Origin: a virus
Taxonomy: Duplodnaviria; Caudoviricetes
Direction: 5' to 3' (one strand)
IMG/VR virus record: IMGVR_UViG_3300044759_000067
Span: 1 to 37,639 of that record
DNA: 37,639 bases
In this document: positions 25,522 through 33,936 of the stretch, in pieces
Position numbering within the stretch: position 1 is the stretch's first letter
Layout: each line of letters begins with the position of its first letter
Notes under the pieces: generated by a model
Told to the model about the DNA's origin: nothing
Databases searched by the model: none
What the model saw: only the letters and a program-made list of their open reading frames with translations
Position numbers and translations under genes: made by a program

Positions 25522-26610
25522 GTGGCGCTGCCCGCAGGATCCACTAAACTCGCCACCGGCATCTGGAGGCTGCCACGTCAGGGCGGCTTCGTCGTCCGCG
25601 CCGCCGTTGGCTCGTTGAGCACCGAGACGCGCTTCGACCCTGACGCCGACCTGAAGGCACTGAAGCGGTTCCGCACCGAGGAAACGGTCAGGCTGAGGAA
25701 CCGCGCCGGCCAACGGCCAGGCCGTGGCACGTTCGCCGCCGACGCTGACCGCTACCTCGCCCTGATCACACATCTAGCCTCGCACAGCAGCCAGAGCGCA
25801 GAGCTGCACGCGTGGGGCGCCCGCTTCGGCACGCGCCGCCGGCACCAGATCGCGGCCGCCGACGTGCGCGCCGCGGTCACGGCGTGGCATGCCGCGACGG
25901 TCGCGCCGAAGACGATCGCCAACCGGCTGCACACGCTGCGGCGGCTCTACCGCGTGCTCGACGGTCCGGACGTGCGGACGCCGGCCGACGGCGTGCGCGG
26001 CCCCCAGATTCATCAGGTGCCGCCCGTGCGGATTCCCGACGCGACGATCCAGGCCGTGGCCTTGGAACTCTCAGCCCGTGAGCCGAGGCTCCTGCTGGGA
26101 GCGAAGAACCGCGCCCGCTTCCTCGTGTTTGCCACGACGGGGCGGCGGCCGTCGGAGATCATGCGCGCGCAGCCCGAGGACGTGGACCTCGATCATCGGG
26201 TCTGGCGGCCCCGCGACGGGAAGGGCGGATGGAGCCCCGGCCTGGCCCTGAACGACGACATGATGCTGGCCTGGCGGCTGTTCATCGCGGCGGAGGCGTG
26301 GGGCGCCTATCGAACGGGGAACCTCGCGCGGTTGCTCCGGCGCTGCGGCTGGCCGGCGGGCGTACGCGTCTACAACCTGCGCCACACCGTCGGCATCACG
26401 CTCACCGAGCTCGGCGTGGACCTGCGCGACGTGGCCGAGCACCTGGGGCACAAGCGGCTGGAGACGACGCGGAAGATCTACGCCCCGGTGCAGGCCGGCC
26501 GGCAGGCGCGGGTCAGTGCCCTGCTTGAGGGTCGGCTTTGCCCCGACCCTTGCCCCGAAACATCGGAGCCTGAACGTGGAGATACGCAGAATCGCGTGAA
26601 AAAACGTTGA
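25522..26610 (+). CDS. int: Tyrosine integrase
   Basis: 362 aa; TGRRPSE (R), GKGG (K), YNLRH (H of HxxR replaced by Y), HLGH, TTRKIY (Y). Confidence 0.92.
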   Translation: MALPAGSTKLATGIWRLPRQGGFVVRAAVGSLSTETRFDPDADLKALKRFRTEETVRLRNRAGQRPGRGTFAADADRYLALITHLASHSSQSAELHAWGARFGTRRRHQIAAADVRAAVTAWHAATVAPKTIANRLHTLRRLYRVLDGPDVRTPADGVRGPQIHQVPPVRIPDATIQAVALELSAREPRLLLGAKNRARFLVFATTGRRPSEIMRAQPEDVDLDHRVWRPRDGKGGWSPGLALNDDMMLAWRLFIAAEAWGAYRTGNLARLLRRCGWPAGVRVYNLRHTVGITLTELGVDLRDVAEHLGHKRLETTRKIYAPVQAGRQARVSALLEGRLCPDPCPETSEPERGDTQNRVKKR

Positions 26611-26766
26611 AGGGTTGGCCCCGTCAATCCGGAGTCATTCGAGGGGTTCGGCCTGATTTCTGTAGGGGGAAGTGGCGGAAGCGCCTGGGAGTCGAACCCA
26701 GCCATCGTCACGGTAACTCTCAGAGGTCAGGCGCGTTGCCGTTGTTGCTCCGAGGTGTTGCTCCGA
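26538..26766. repeat. Integrase arm-type sites flanking attP core
   Basis: TTGCCCCGA at 26538 and 26550; TTGCTCCGA at 26745 and 26758; all in direct orientation. Confidence 0.75.
26673..26701 (-). other. attP core: 3' fragment of tRNA-Sec (selC)
   Basis: Minus strand CTGGG-TTCGACT-CCCAG (5-bp T stem), then GCGCTTCC-G-CCA (8-nt acceptor strand), matching the 8/5 fold of bacterial tRNA-Sec; the 5' half and anticodon are absent. Confidence 0.85.
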
Positions 26767-26779
26767 AAACGGCGGCCCC

Positions 26780-26860
26780 GACGCATCGGCGGATGAGGCC
26801 AGCCCCGTCAGCGGGGTCGACCGACGGTCCCTACGACCAGCCCCACCCGCCGAACTCGTC
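26780..26860 (-). ncRNA. Candidate structured RNA at the 3' end of the late operon
   Basis: 19-bp stem (26853-26835 with 26804-26786) whose five non-Watson-Crick positions are all G-U on the minus strand; two small inner hairpins. Confidence 0.45.
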
Positions 26861-27026
26861 AGTCCTCGATGACCGGCTGGCGCGGCGTCGGCCGCGGCGG
26901 ACTGTCCGGCCGGGCCGGCCGCTCGGGCTCCGGGTCCACGATGGGATGGGTCGGCCGCGGCGGCTCGGCGATCGGGGGCGTCGGTTCCGGGCGCTCGCGG
27001 TCGGGCGCCGGTTTCTGTTTGCTCAT
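26859..27026 (-). CDS. Small proline-rich protein (not in ORF track)
   Basis: 55 aa MSKQKPAPDRERPEPTPPIAEPP...VIED; GGAGG RBS and ATGA overlap with the upstream stop. Confidence 0.65.
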   Translation of the reverse strand: MSKQKPAPDRERPEPTPPIAEPPRPTHPIVDPEPERPARPDSPPRPTPRQPVIED

Positions 27027-27298
27027 AGCGAACCTCCGGGGTTGGTGGCAATCATGGCGAGCAGCGCGTCGAGGAACGCGGCGAACTGCGGCTTGACGAC
27101 GGCGCCGACCTCGAGGCTGCGCTCGTCCGACGTCATCGACTGCAGCTCGAGCGTGTGCGTCACGTCGTCGGGCGCGACTTCCCCGTCCTCGAGGTAGTAC
27201 AGCTTCGAGACGTACTTCTGCGCCTCGGGATTGCTGGCGAGCCAGTTGTCGAGCTCCTGCTGGATGTCGATCGGGTCGGCCATTCGGATCTCCTTCAC
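27023..27298 (-). CDS. Hypothetical acidic protein (start 27298 or 27283)
   Basis: About 86-91 aa; GAAGGAG precedes ATG 27283. Confidence 0.65.
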   Translation of the reverse strand: MKEIRMADPIDIQQELDNWLASNPEAQKYVSKLYYLEDGEVAPDDVTHTLELQSMTSDERSLEVGAVVKPQFAAFLDALLAMIATNPGGSL

Positions 27299-28539
27299 CA
27301 GTTCCCGCGCACCAGGTAGACGGGCGGGTCGTCCGTCAGCCGGATCGTCTGGCCGGCCTTCAGGGCGCCAGCCTTCAGCGAGGCGCCGGTCAAGATGTCA
27401 ATCACGTCCACGTCCATCGCGGCCTTGGCCTGCATGGTCACGCCGCCCTTGATGCCCATCGGCAGGCAGATGCTGCGTCCGCCGTCGACCGCCGCATACG
27501 CGCGCGTGACACCTTCGGACGCGCCGTCAACCCACTTGCTGACCTTCTCGAACGGGTGCCCGGCCCAGTGGTCGTTCTGCGGCGCCCAGTTCGGGAGGTC
27601 GCTCGGCAAGGCGTTGCGCGCCGCTAGGAGTCCCGCGGTGATGGCGTCGATGTTCGACACGTCGGACCAGTCTTTGTCGCACCTGACGCCGGCGGTACGG
27701 TCGTGGAGGCAGTACCCCCAGTGCGTCGCAATCCAGCTGACGATCGCCTGGCTGACCTGGCGGTGCGGGTCCGCGTCCGTCGGGTTGTTCCCGCCGGGCG
27801 TGCCGATGCCAATGGGTTCGTTGTTCAACGCTCCCTCCGGCACGCCGCCATACGAGAGCTGCTGCCAGGGCTGCCGAGCCGGCCGCCAGCCATCCTCGCC
27901 CATTGCCCTGTCGTAATGATTCGTCGAGAACGTGGCGACGCTGCCCTCGTACATCGCTTTGGCGTTGGCTTGCTCCGCGGCCTCGCCATCCCCGACCGGA
28001 CAGCTGATCGCGATGGGCACGTCCACCTTCGACCGGATGCGCTCGGCCAGCGCCCGCATCTGCTTGATGCCCTCCGACCCAGAGAAGCCGTTCTGCCACC
28101 ACTCGTTCGCGATTTCGATGCCGATCACCGCCGCGCGCCGGCGGACGGTGGTATCCGCGACGATGTCGCACACCCGCTCTTTCTCCCCGTAGCTCGGCGC
28201 CATGATCTGGGCGTCGCCGAAGCACGTCCAGAGCACGCGGATGCCGTTGGCGTACGCCACCTCGGTCGTGCCGTCGATCACCGCCGCGTAGTCGCCCCAC
28301 TTCGGGTCCACCTCGCGGCCTTCCCAGTACGGCTGCGCTCCGACACAGGCGAGCGCCCGGATGTAGTCCACGCCGTGTTCGGCCAGCCACCGGCAGTTCC
28401 GCTCCAGCGCTGCGCGGTCGAACTTGTACCGGTTCGCCGCGGCGAAGAGAGACGCGCCGACCACGAGCCAGGGCCCGCGGTCGTCCTTCATGACATGCCC
28501 GTCCAGGTGCGCGACGCCTGACGGGCCTACGACGGGGGG
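27295..28539 (-). CDS. Glycoside hydrolase, clan GH-A-like TIM barrel (probably reached by -1 frameshift)
   Basis: GVDYIRAL, GIRVLWT, IEIANE (acid/base-like), NHYDR and LNNEP (nucleophile-like); no convincing RBS/start of its own. Confidence 0.65.
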   Translation of the reverse strand, partial: PPVVGPSGVAHLDGHVMKDDRGPWLVVGASLFAAANRYKFDRAALERNCRWLAEHGVDYIRALACVGAQPYWEGREVDPKWGDYAAVIDGTTEVAYANGIRVLWTCFGDAQIMAPSYGEKERVCDIVADTTVRRRAAVIGIEIANEWWQNGFSGSEGIKQMRALAERIRSKVDVPIAISCPVGDGEAAEQANAKAMYEGSVATFSTNHYDRAMGEDGWRPARQPWQQLSYGGVPEGALNNEPIGIGTPGGNNPTDADPHRQVSQAIVSWIATHWGYCLHDRTAGVRCDKDWSDVSNIDAITAGLLAARNALPSDLPNWAPQNDHWAGHPFEKVSKWVDGASEGVTRAYAAVDGGRSICLPMGIKGGVTMQAKAAMDVDVIDILTGASLKAGALKAGQTIRLTDDPPVYLVRGNW

Positions 28540-29645
28540 AGTGGGTCGACCGGGTTCCCGAGCTCGGCCTGCAGCTCGCGGACGTGCTTGTCCTCGCTGG
28601 CCTGATAGCTCATGCCCGCGCAGTAGTCGTAGATGACGCGGCTCTGCCACTTGAACGTGCCCCAGTCCGGCGGCGGGTCGCCCTGTTTGATGCGGCCGGC
28701 CTTCACATACTCGGCCTGGTAGCGCGCCAGGCTCTGCTGCTGCGTGGTGTTCTCGTCGGGATACGGCTGCACGTCAATCTCCTCTGTCGGTGGTGGTTTG
28801 ATCGGCGGTGGCTTGATCGGTGGTGGTTCGATGACGATCGGCGGCGGCTCGATCGGCACGTCAGGATTCTGCGCCAGGTCGACACGCGGCGCGCGCAAGT
28901 CGAGCACGACGTTCAGCACGTACGTGATGGCATCGCCGACGACGCGCAGGCCGCCCGCCTGGGCGTCCCACATCGCATGCGGTGTCTTCACGTTCGGCAG
29001 CTCGTAGCCGACGGTCTGCAGCCAGGGCCGCACGAGCGTGCGCGTGTCGTCGTGGCTGACGACCCACGGCCCGTCCGGCGTCAGCACGACGACGGGGTCG
29101 ACCTCGTAGTGCTGCCACGTGGCCTGCAGGCGCACGACCAGGCCGTCGGCCCGGCCCGCCACGGGCATCCAGCCGTAGGTCGCCTGCAGCGGCTGGAACT
29201 CCGACCACACGACGAGCGCGCCGGCGAGCGACAGCTTGTCGTCAATGGCGCCTTCGCTGAGGGTCACGCCATCGCGGACGACGCGATGCGTGAGCAACGC
29301 GTTGCCGGTCAGGTGCGCCTGGTGCCGGCCAGTCGGCTCCATCGCCGGGCAATAGGTGTCGGGGAACGACAGGCCGTCGCTCGTGTAGGTGCGCTGCTCA
29401 GACGTGTTGGTGCCGACCCAGCGGCCGCCGCCGAGCGCCACGGTATTGAACGGGACATGAAACAGGCGTGTGCCGGTCTGGTGCCGCAGGTAGCCCTCGG
29501 GGTCGAGGTACGCGACCGTCGCAGTATCGAGCCAGCCGGGATACTGGCCGCGCACGTCGAGCAGGTGCCCGTCGAGATAGAGCTCGCCGAAGCCATGCAC
29601 GACGTGCTGGGCGTCCGGCGACAATTTTGGGTTCGCGGGGTTCAC
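28527..29645 (-). CDS. Beta-rich (propeller-like) protein with Pro-rich linker and small C-terminal domain
   Basis: About 372 aa from GTG 29645; (I[EK]PPP)n linker; internal GAGGAG-N6-GTG at 28772. Confidence 0.65.
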   Translation of the reverse strand: MNPANPKLSPDAQHVVHGFGELYLDGHLLDVRGQYPGWLDTATVAYLDPEGYLRHQTGTRLFHVPFNTVALGGGRWVGTNTSEQRTYTSDGLSFPDTYCPAMEPTGRHQAHLTGNALLTHRVVRDGVTLSEGAIDDKLSLAGALVVWSEFQPLQATYGWMPVAGRADGLVVRLQATWQHYEVDPVVVLTPDGPWVVSHDDTRTLVRPWLQTVGYELPNVKTPHAMWDAQAGGLRVVGDAITYVLNVVLDLRAPRVDLAQNPDVPIEPPPIVIEPPPIKPPPIKPPPTEEIDVQPYPDENTTQQQSLARYQAEYVKAGRIKQGDPPPDWGTFKWQSRVIYDYCAGMSYQASEDKHVRELQAELGNPVDPLPPS

Positions 29646-29656
29646 ATCGCCACCGT

Positions 29657-29857
29657 TTATCGGAGGCGTCCAGGTGCGAACGTCCCATCCCACAAGCCGA
29701 AGGCGCCCAAGAGCCACAGCACGAGCACCAGCACGACGACGACGCGAATCACGGTCTTGATCGTCGCGTCCATCGGCAACGCGTGTTCGATGAGGTAGAG
29801 CACGACGCCGACCACAATCAGCACGACGAGCAGACTAATGAGCCAGGACAGGGTCAT
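29657..29857 (-). CDS. Two-TM small membrane protein, holin candidate
   Basis: 66 aa with two hydrophobic helices separated by 'LPMDATIK'; located after the tail genes. Confidence 0.65.
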   Translation of the reverse strand: MTLSWLISLLVVLIVVGVVLYLIEHALPMDATIKTVIRVVVVLVLVLWLLGAFGLWDGTFAPGRLR

Positions 29858-29964
29858 GTCAGCACCTCTTTTGCGGGTTCGGCGTGGACGTCATCGGCCA
29901 GTTGTTCCAGCTCCTCGACCAGTTGCAACCGGGCTTCGAGCTGGGCGCGCGTGATGGGCGGCAT
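29854..29964 (-). CDS. Very small hypothetical protein
   Basis: 36 aa MPPITRAQLEARLQ...; coupled by TGATG and ATGA overlaps. Confidence 0.45.
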   Translation of the reverse strand: MPPITRAQLEARLQLVEELEQLADDVHAEPAKEVLT

Positions 29965-30254
29965 CAATCCACCGTCCCGGCCGGCAGCTGCCCGTCGAGG
30001 CAGAGCTTGTTGAGAATCTTCTTCTGCATCGAGACCGTCGTGTTGTTCGACGTGTTGAGCGTCTGCATCAGGTCCTTCGCGGCGGTGCCCGTGTAGCCGC
30101 ACTCATAGACCTTGCCGTCTGGCAGCACCGCGCCACCGGCCGCCTCCCGCACCACGATCTGAATGGTTGAGTCGGTGATGTCGAACAGGATGCGCGCGAC
30201 GCGGAAGGTCGTCGGCGGCGGCAACGGGTCGGCCAGGGTCAGCGTATCGGCCAT
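29964..30254 (-). CDS. Hypothetical protein downstream of tail fibre
   Basis: 96 aa from ATG 30254 (MADTLTLADP...). Confidence 0.65.
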   Translation of the reverse strand: MADTLTLADPLPPPTTFRVARILFDITDSTIQIVVREAAGGAVLPDGKVYECGYTGTAAKDLMQTLNTSNNTTVSMQKKILNKLCLDGQLPAGTVD

Positions 30255-33200
30255 CGGCCATGCCTTTCTGCTTCGAGCGCCTCGACGCGCGCGGCGAGCG
30301 TCTGCACCGCCTGCACGACGGCGCCGAGGATGGGCCGGTCGGCCAGGGTGAGATACCCCTGCGCATCCTGCCCGACGGCGTGCGGCATGACCGCCTGGAC
30401 GTCCTGCGCCAGGAACCCGCCGTAGAGATGGTCGCGCTCGAGGCCCGAGTCGTCCGTGTAGCCGAACAGCACGGGGCGCAACTGCTGCACGGCGGCCAGG
30501 CCGTACGGCAGCGGGGCGATGCGGTCTTTCAGCCGCGCATCCGAGACCGACGACAGGTTGCCGCTCGCATCGAAGGTCGCCGTGCCGGCGCCGAAGGCGG
30601 CGTGCCGGACGCTGCCGGTCGTGTGGAGCTGCGCGCTCGGCGCATTGGTGCCGATGCCGACATAGCCGACCGCACCCGTGGCCGTCTTCACGATGAAGTA
30701 ATGCGTCGACTCGGCCAGGTTGCCGCAGTAGAGCACGTAGCGGGCCGCGTCGGTGCCTTCGCTGAGAATCTTGGCGCCGAAGCCGCCGGACGTGTTGGTG
30801 TTCTGGAACCGCAGCGCCGGCAGGGCCAGGGCGCTCGTCACGTCGACGGTCGTCGCGGGGAACATGCCGATGCCGACATTGCCCGACGAGGTATCGACGA
30901 CCAGCTGCGTCGTGTTGACGAGGAAGTCGCCGGCCCCGCCGAGATTGACCGTGAGCGGCGACCCCGTGGCCGCGGTGAGACTCAACGCGCCGCTCGACAG
31001 AATGGCCGGGACCGTCAGCGAGGTACTGAGGACCGGCGCTCCGGTATAGAGCGGGTCGGTGCCGTTCGACCAGAGGACCTGATTCGCGGCGCCGATCGCC
31101 AGCCGCGCCCACTTCGGCGTGCTGTTGCCGATGAGCAGGTCGCCGCGGACCACCGAGGCCGCCAGCGCATCGCCGTGCGAGGCCGAGAGCAGGTTATGCG
31201 CGGCGGCGGTCGCCGTGATGCCCGTCAGGGCGCTGCCATCCGTCGACCAGCTGACATCCGTGCCATCCGACCGCAGCATGGTGCCCGCGGCGCCGCGCGC
31301 GACCCGCGCCCAGGCCGGCGTGCTGTTCGCCACCAGGACATCGCCGCGCACGACGGTGGCGGCGACCACATCGCTGTGCGCCGTTGAGAGCAGCGTGTGC
31401 GCGTTCGCGCTGGTCGCCGGCGAGAGCCCCCCGCTCGTGCTGCCGACGGCGCCACTGCTGCCACTGCTGGCCTGCTCCCCGAAGATGATGCGCTTCCACA
31501 AATCCGTCGCACTGTTGGCCGGCACGTCCTCGGTGCCGCCAATCAGGTCGAGCGTCGTCTCGAGCAGCACCTCGGCCCCGGTCGGGATGACGACCGTCTC
31601 GGTCGCGCGCACAAAACAGGTGAGCGCGTCGATGCCGAGCACCGGAAAGTCGACGACGACGGTGGAGCCCACGGCAATGGTCTCGACGTAGGTCGTCACC
31701 TGCGGCAGTTTCAGCCGCGGCTGGTGCTGGCGGATGAGCGCCTCGGCGTAGGCGGTCGCTTCCTGCCAGTCGAGAATGTGCGGCGCGAAATCCACGCGGG
31801 TCCAGGGCCGCGCCCCGAACTCGTCGCCCTCGACATAGACCCAGGTCGGAAAGAGCGCGTCGTAGTCGGTGCTGATCAGGACGCCGACCCCGACGGCCGT
31901 GCCCGTATGCACCAGCGTCGGCGGATAGACCTCGCTCCAGGTCCACTCGAACGCATCGACGCCATAGATGCCGACCGGATACGTGGTCGCGCCCACCGTG
32001 ACGGTCGCCGGGCGGGTCGGGAAATTTTGATAGTGCTGCGGAAAGACTTGCGTGACGCCGTCGCCGGTCCACGCGTCCGCCACATGCAGCACGCCGTTCG
32101 GCCCGAAGACGACCCATTGCGCGCTGCGGTAGTCGAAGCGCTGCAGGTCGTAGGCGGCCGCGCGCACGTTGGCATTCGCCGCGGACAGCGTGACGCCGCT
32201 CGCGACCGAGCCGACCGCCCACATCTTCAGCTGGCTGTCCTGGTCAACGCGGCGCACCCAGCCGGTCTGCGTCGCCAGGTAGTCGACGAATTGCTCGGTC
32301 GTGAGCCAGGGCGAGGTGATCGTCGTCAGCGTCGGCCCCTCGTCCTGCGTCGGGTCGAGCGTGATGCCCATCGGCACGAGGGTGCCGTCGCAGAGGTACA
32401 CGAGCGTGTCCCGCAGGGATTGCGGCGGGATGATGGTGTTGCTGAGCGCGCGCTGCAGCTGCTGGTTGTAGTCCTGGCAGGTGACCTGGCAGAACGTGCC
32501 CTCGCCGCGGTGCACCAGATGCGAGGTCCCGGCAGGGTTCGCAATCGTGCCGGCCCAGCGGATGGTGCCGGCGACTTCAATCTCGACGACCTGGTCGTCC
32601 TGCGGGATGTAGGCGCCGGTCGGGTCCTTGACCGTGAAGGTGGCCGTCCCGATGCCGTTGATGGTGGACGACCAGCGCAGGGCGCTCACGAGCGACGTGC
32701 GGTCGATGTCGTCGATCCAGACGATGATGGTGTTGCCCGGCGGTTCCACCGGCTCCGACGGATCGGTATCGTGGATCGCCAGCGCGACGAAGGTCTGCAC
32801 GCGCGCGGGTGTGCCGGCCGGCACACTCTGCAGCGCGATCGTGTCGGTCGCCACGAAGCCGACGACATGGGTCGGGTCGGTATCGGACCCCGTCGCCGGA
32901 CTCGTCGCCCCGCTGATGGTGACCGTCGGCGTCGTGGCCGGCGTGGCGCCGTTCTTCCGCAGCGTGAACGTGTAGGACGTGCCTGCGCCCGGCGCATCGG
33001 CGTAGGCGTACAACGCCGACGCCCAGTACGCCCCGTCGAGCGCCAGCTGCGCGGCGGCCTCCGTCGTCGTCCAGTGCGCATACGCGAACGGGGTCCAGTT
33101 CGTCGCGCCGTTCGGAATCACGCTCGAGAGACTGATCCCCGTGAGCTGCGAGGTCCCGTCGACGTCGGCGACGAGCTTGGTCCCGATACTGACGTGCGTC

Positions 33201-33934
33201 GTTGCCGCGCCGCCGGTCTGCGTGCAGACGTATTGCAGCAGGTCGCCGGGAGCGACCGTGAGGTTGAACCCCGAGAGGCTCCCGGTCAGCGTGCTCGCGC
33301 CGGTGAGCGACAGGCGCGTATCGGGCGTGCCGCCCGATCCGTTCTGCGTCACCCCATTCTTGCTGAGGACGACGTCGTGGGTCTTGCCGGCTCCTGGCGC
33401 GACGCGCACCCGGACGTCATAGCGTGTGAGGGTGCCGGCCACGGCAACGAGACTCTTCGGCACAGGGCTCGCGCCGCCGAGCGCCCCGAACGGGGCGAGA
33501 TAGAACGGGCCCCCGCCGGCGAGTTGCCCGCCCCAGACCCCGTACCAGCTCTCTCCCGTCGCGCCTTCGAACTCCAGCGACCAGTGGACCCAGCCGGCCG
33601 CATCGAAGGTCGTATTGACGCGCCGCAGGGCGACATAATCGCCGGCCGCCACGCTGACGTCCGTGCCGGTGTTGCTGCCTTCCGTGTCGGTATTGCTGAT
33701 GGTGACGGTGAGCGCCGACGCCACGCCGTTGACCAGCAGCGCGAAGGCGTGATGGTCCCCAACGCCGGCGGCCGTCGTGACCGTGATCCGCAGGTGGCGG
33801 AGCGTGCCCGCCACCGGCACCGGAATCCGGCATTGATCTTCGTCGGTTATCCAGTCGTTGCCGCCGCCGGTCAGGCCGGTGTAGTACGTGCCGCCCGTCG
33901 GCACGGACCCGTTCCCGACGATGAGCTGCCGCAT
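30239..33934 (-). CDS. Multidomain tail tip/fibre protein with C-terminal intramolecular chaperone (peptidase S74-like)
   Basis: 1231 aa; three N-terminal beta repeats, central hub-like region, GNVGIG/GYVGIG fibre motifs, and SDARLKDRI...GFLAQDVQ...coiled coil. Confidence 0.85.
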   Translation of the reverse strand: MRQLIVGNGSVPTGGTYYTGLTGGGNDWITDEDQCRIPVPVAGTLRHLRITVTTAAGVGDHHAFALLVNGVASALTVTISNTDTEGSNTGTDVSVAAGDYVALRRVNTTFDAAGWVHWSLEFEGATGESWYGVWGGQLAGGGPFYLAPFGALGGASPVPKSLVAVAGTLTRYDVRVRVAPGAGKTHDVVLSKNGVTQNGSGGTPDTRLSLTGASTLTGSLSGFNLTVAPGDLLQYVCTQTGGAATTHVSIGTKLVADVDGTSQLTGISLSSVIPNGATNWTPFAYAHWTTTEAAAQLALDGAYWASALYAYADAPGAGTSYTFTLRKNGATPATTPTVTISGATSPATGSDTDPTHVVGFVATDTIALQSVPAGTPARVQTFVALAIHDTDPSEPVEPPGNTIIVWIDDIDRTSLVSALRWSSTINGIGTATFTVKDPTGAYIPQDDQVVEIEVAGTIRWAGTIANPAGTSHLVHRGEGTFCQVTCQDYNQQLQRALSNTIIPPQSLRDTLVYLCDGTLVPMGITLDPTQDEGPTLTTITSPWLTTEQFVDYLATQTGWVRRVDQDSQLKMWAVGSVASGVTLSAANANVRAAAYDLQRFDYRSAQWVVFGPNGVLHVADAWTGDGVTQVFPQHYQNFPTRPATVTVGATTYPVGIYGVDAFEWTWSEVYPPTLVHTGTAVGVGVLISTDYDALFPTWVYVEGDEFGARPWTRVDFAPHILDWQEATAYAEALIRQHQPRLKLPQVTTYVETIAVGSTVVVDFPVLGIDALTCFVRATETVVIPTGAEVLLETTLDLIGGTEDVPANSATDLWKRIIFGEQASSGSSGAVGSTSGGLSPATSANAHTLLSTAHSDVVAATVVRGDVLVANSTPAWARVARGAAGTMLRSDGTDVSWSTDGSALTGITATAAAHNLLSASHGDALAASVVRGDLLIGNSTPKWARLAIGAANQVLWSNGTDPLYTGAPVLSTSLTVPAILSSGALSLTAATGSPLTVNLGGAGDFLVNTTQLVVDTSSGNVGIGMFPATTVDVTSALALPALRFQNTNTSGGFGAKILSEGTDAARYVLYCGNLAESTHYFIVKTATGAVGYVGIGTNAPSAQLHTTGSVRHAAFGAGTATFDASGNLSSVSDARLKDRIAPLPYGLAAVQQLRPVLFGYTDDSGLERDHLYGGFLAQDVQAVMPHAVGQDAQGYLTLADRPILGAVVQAVQTLAARVEALEAERHGRWPIR

Positions 33935-33936
33935 CG

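Noticed and set aside
26673-26770. Complete phage-encoded tRNA-Sec gene
   Set aside because: Only the T arm and 3' acceptor strand are present; no complementary 5' GGAAGCGC, D arm or UCA anticodon upstream.
26770-26870. Hammerhead ribozyme (CUGACGA at the start of the long stem)
   Set aside because: The required GAAA after the stem and the third helix are not present.
31055-31402. Diversity-generating retroelement template/variable repeats in the tail gene
   Set aside because: The two repeats are in-frame, adjacent and diverged at all base types; no reverse transcriptase is encoded.
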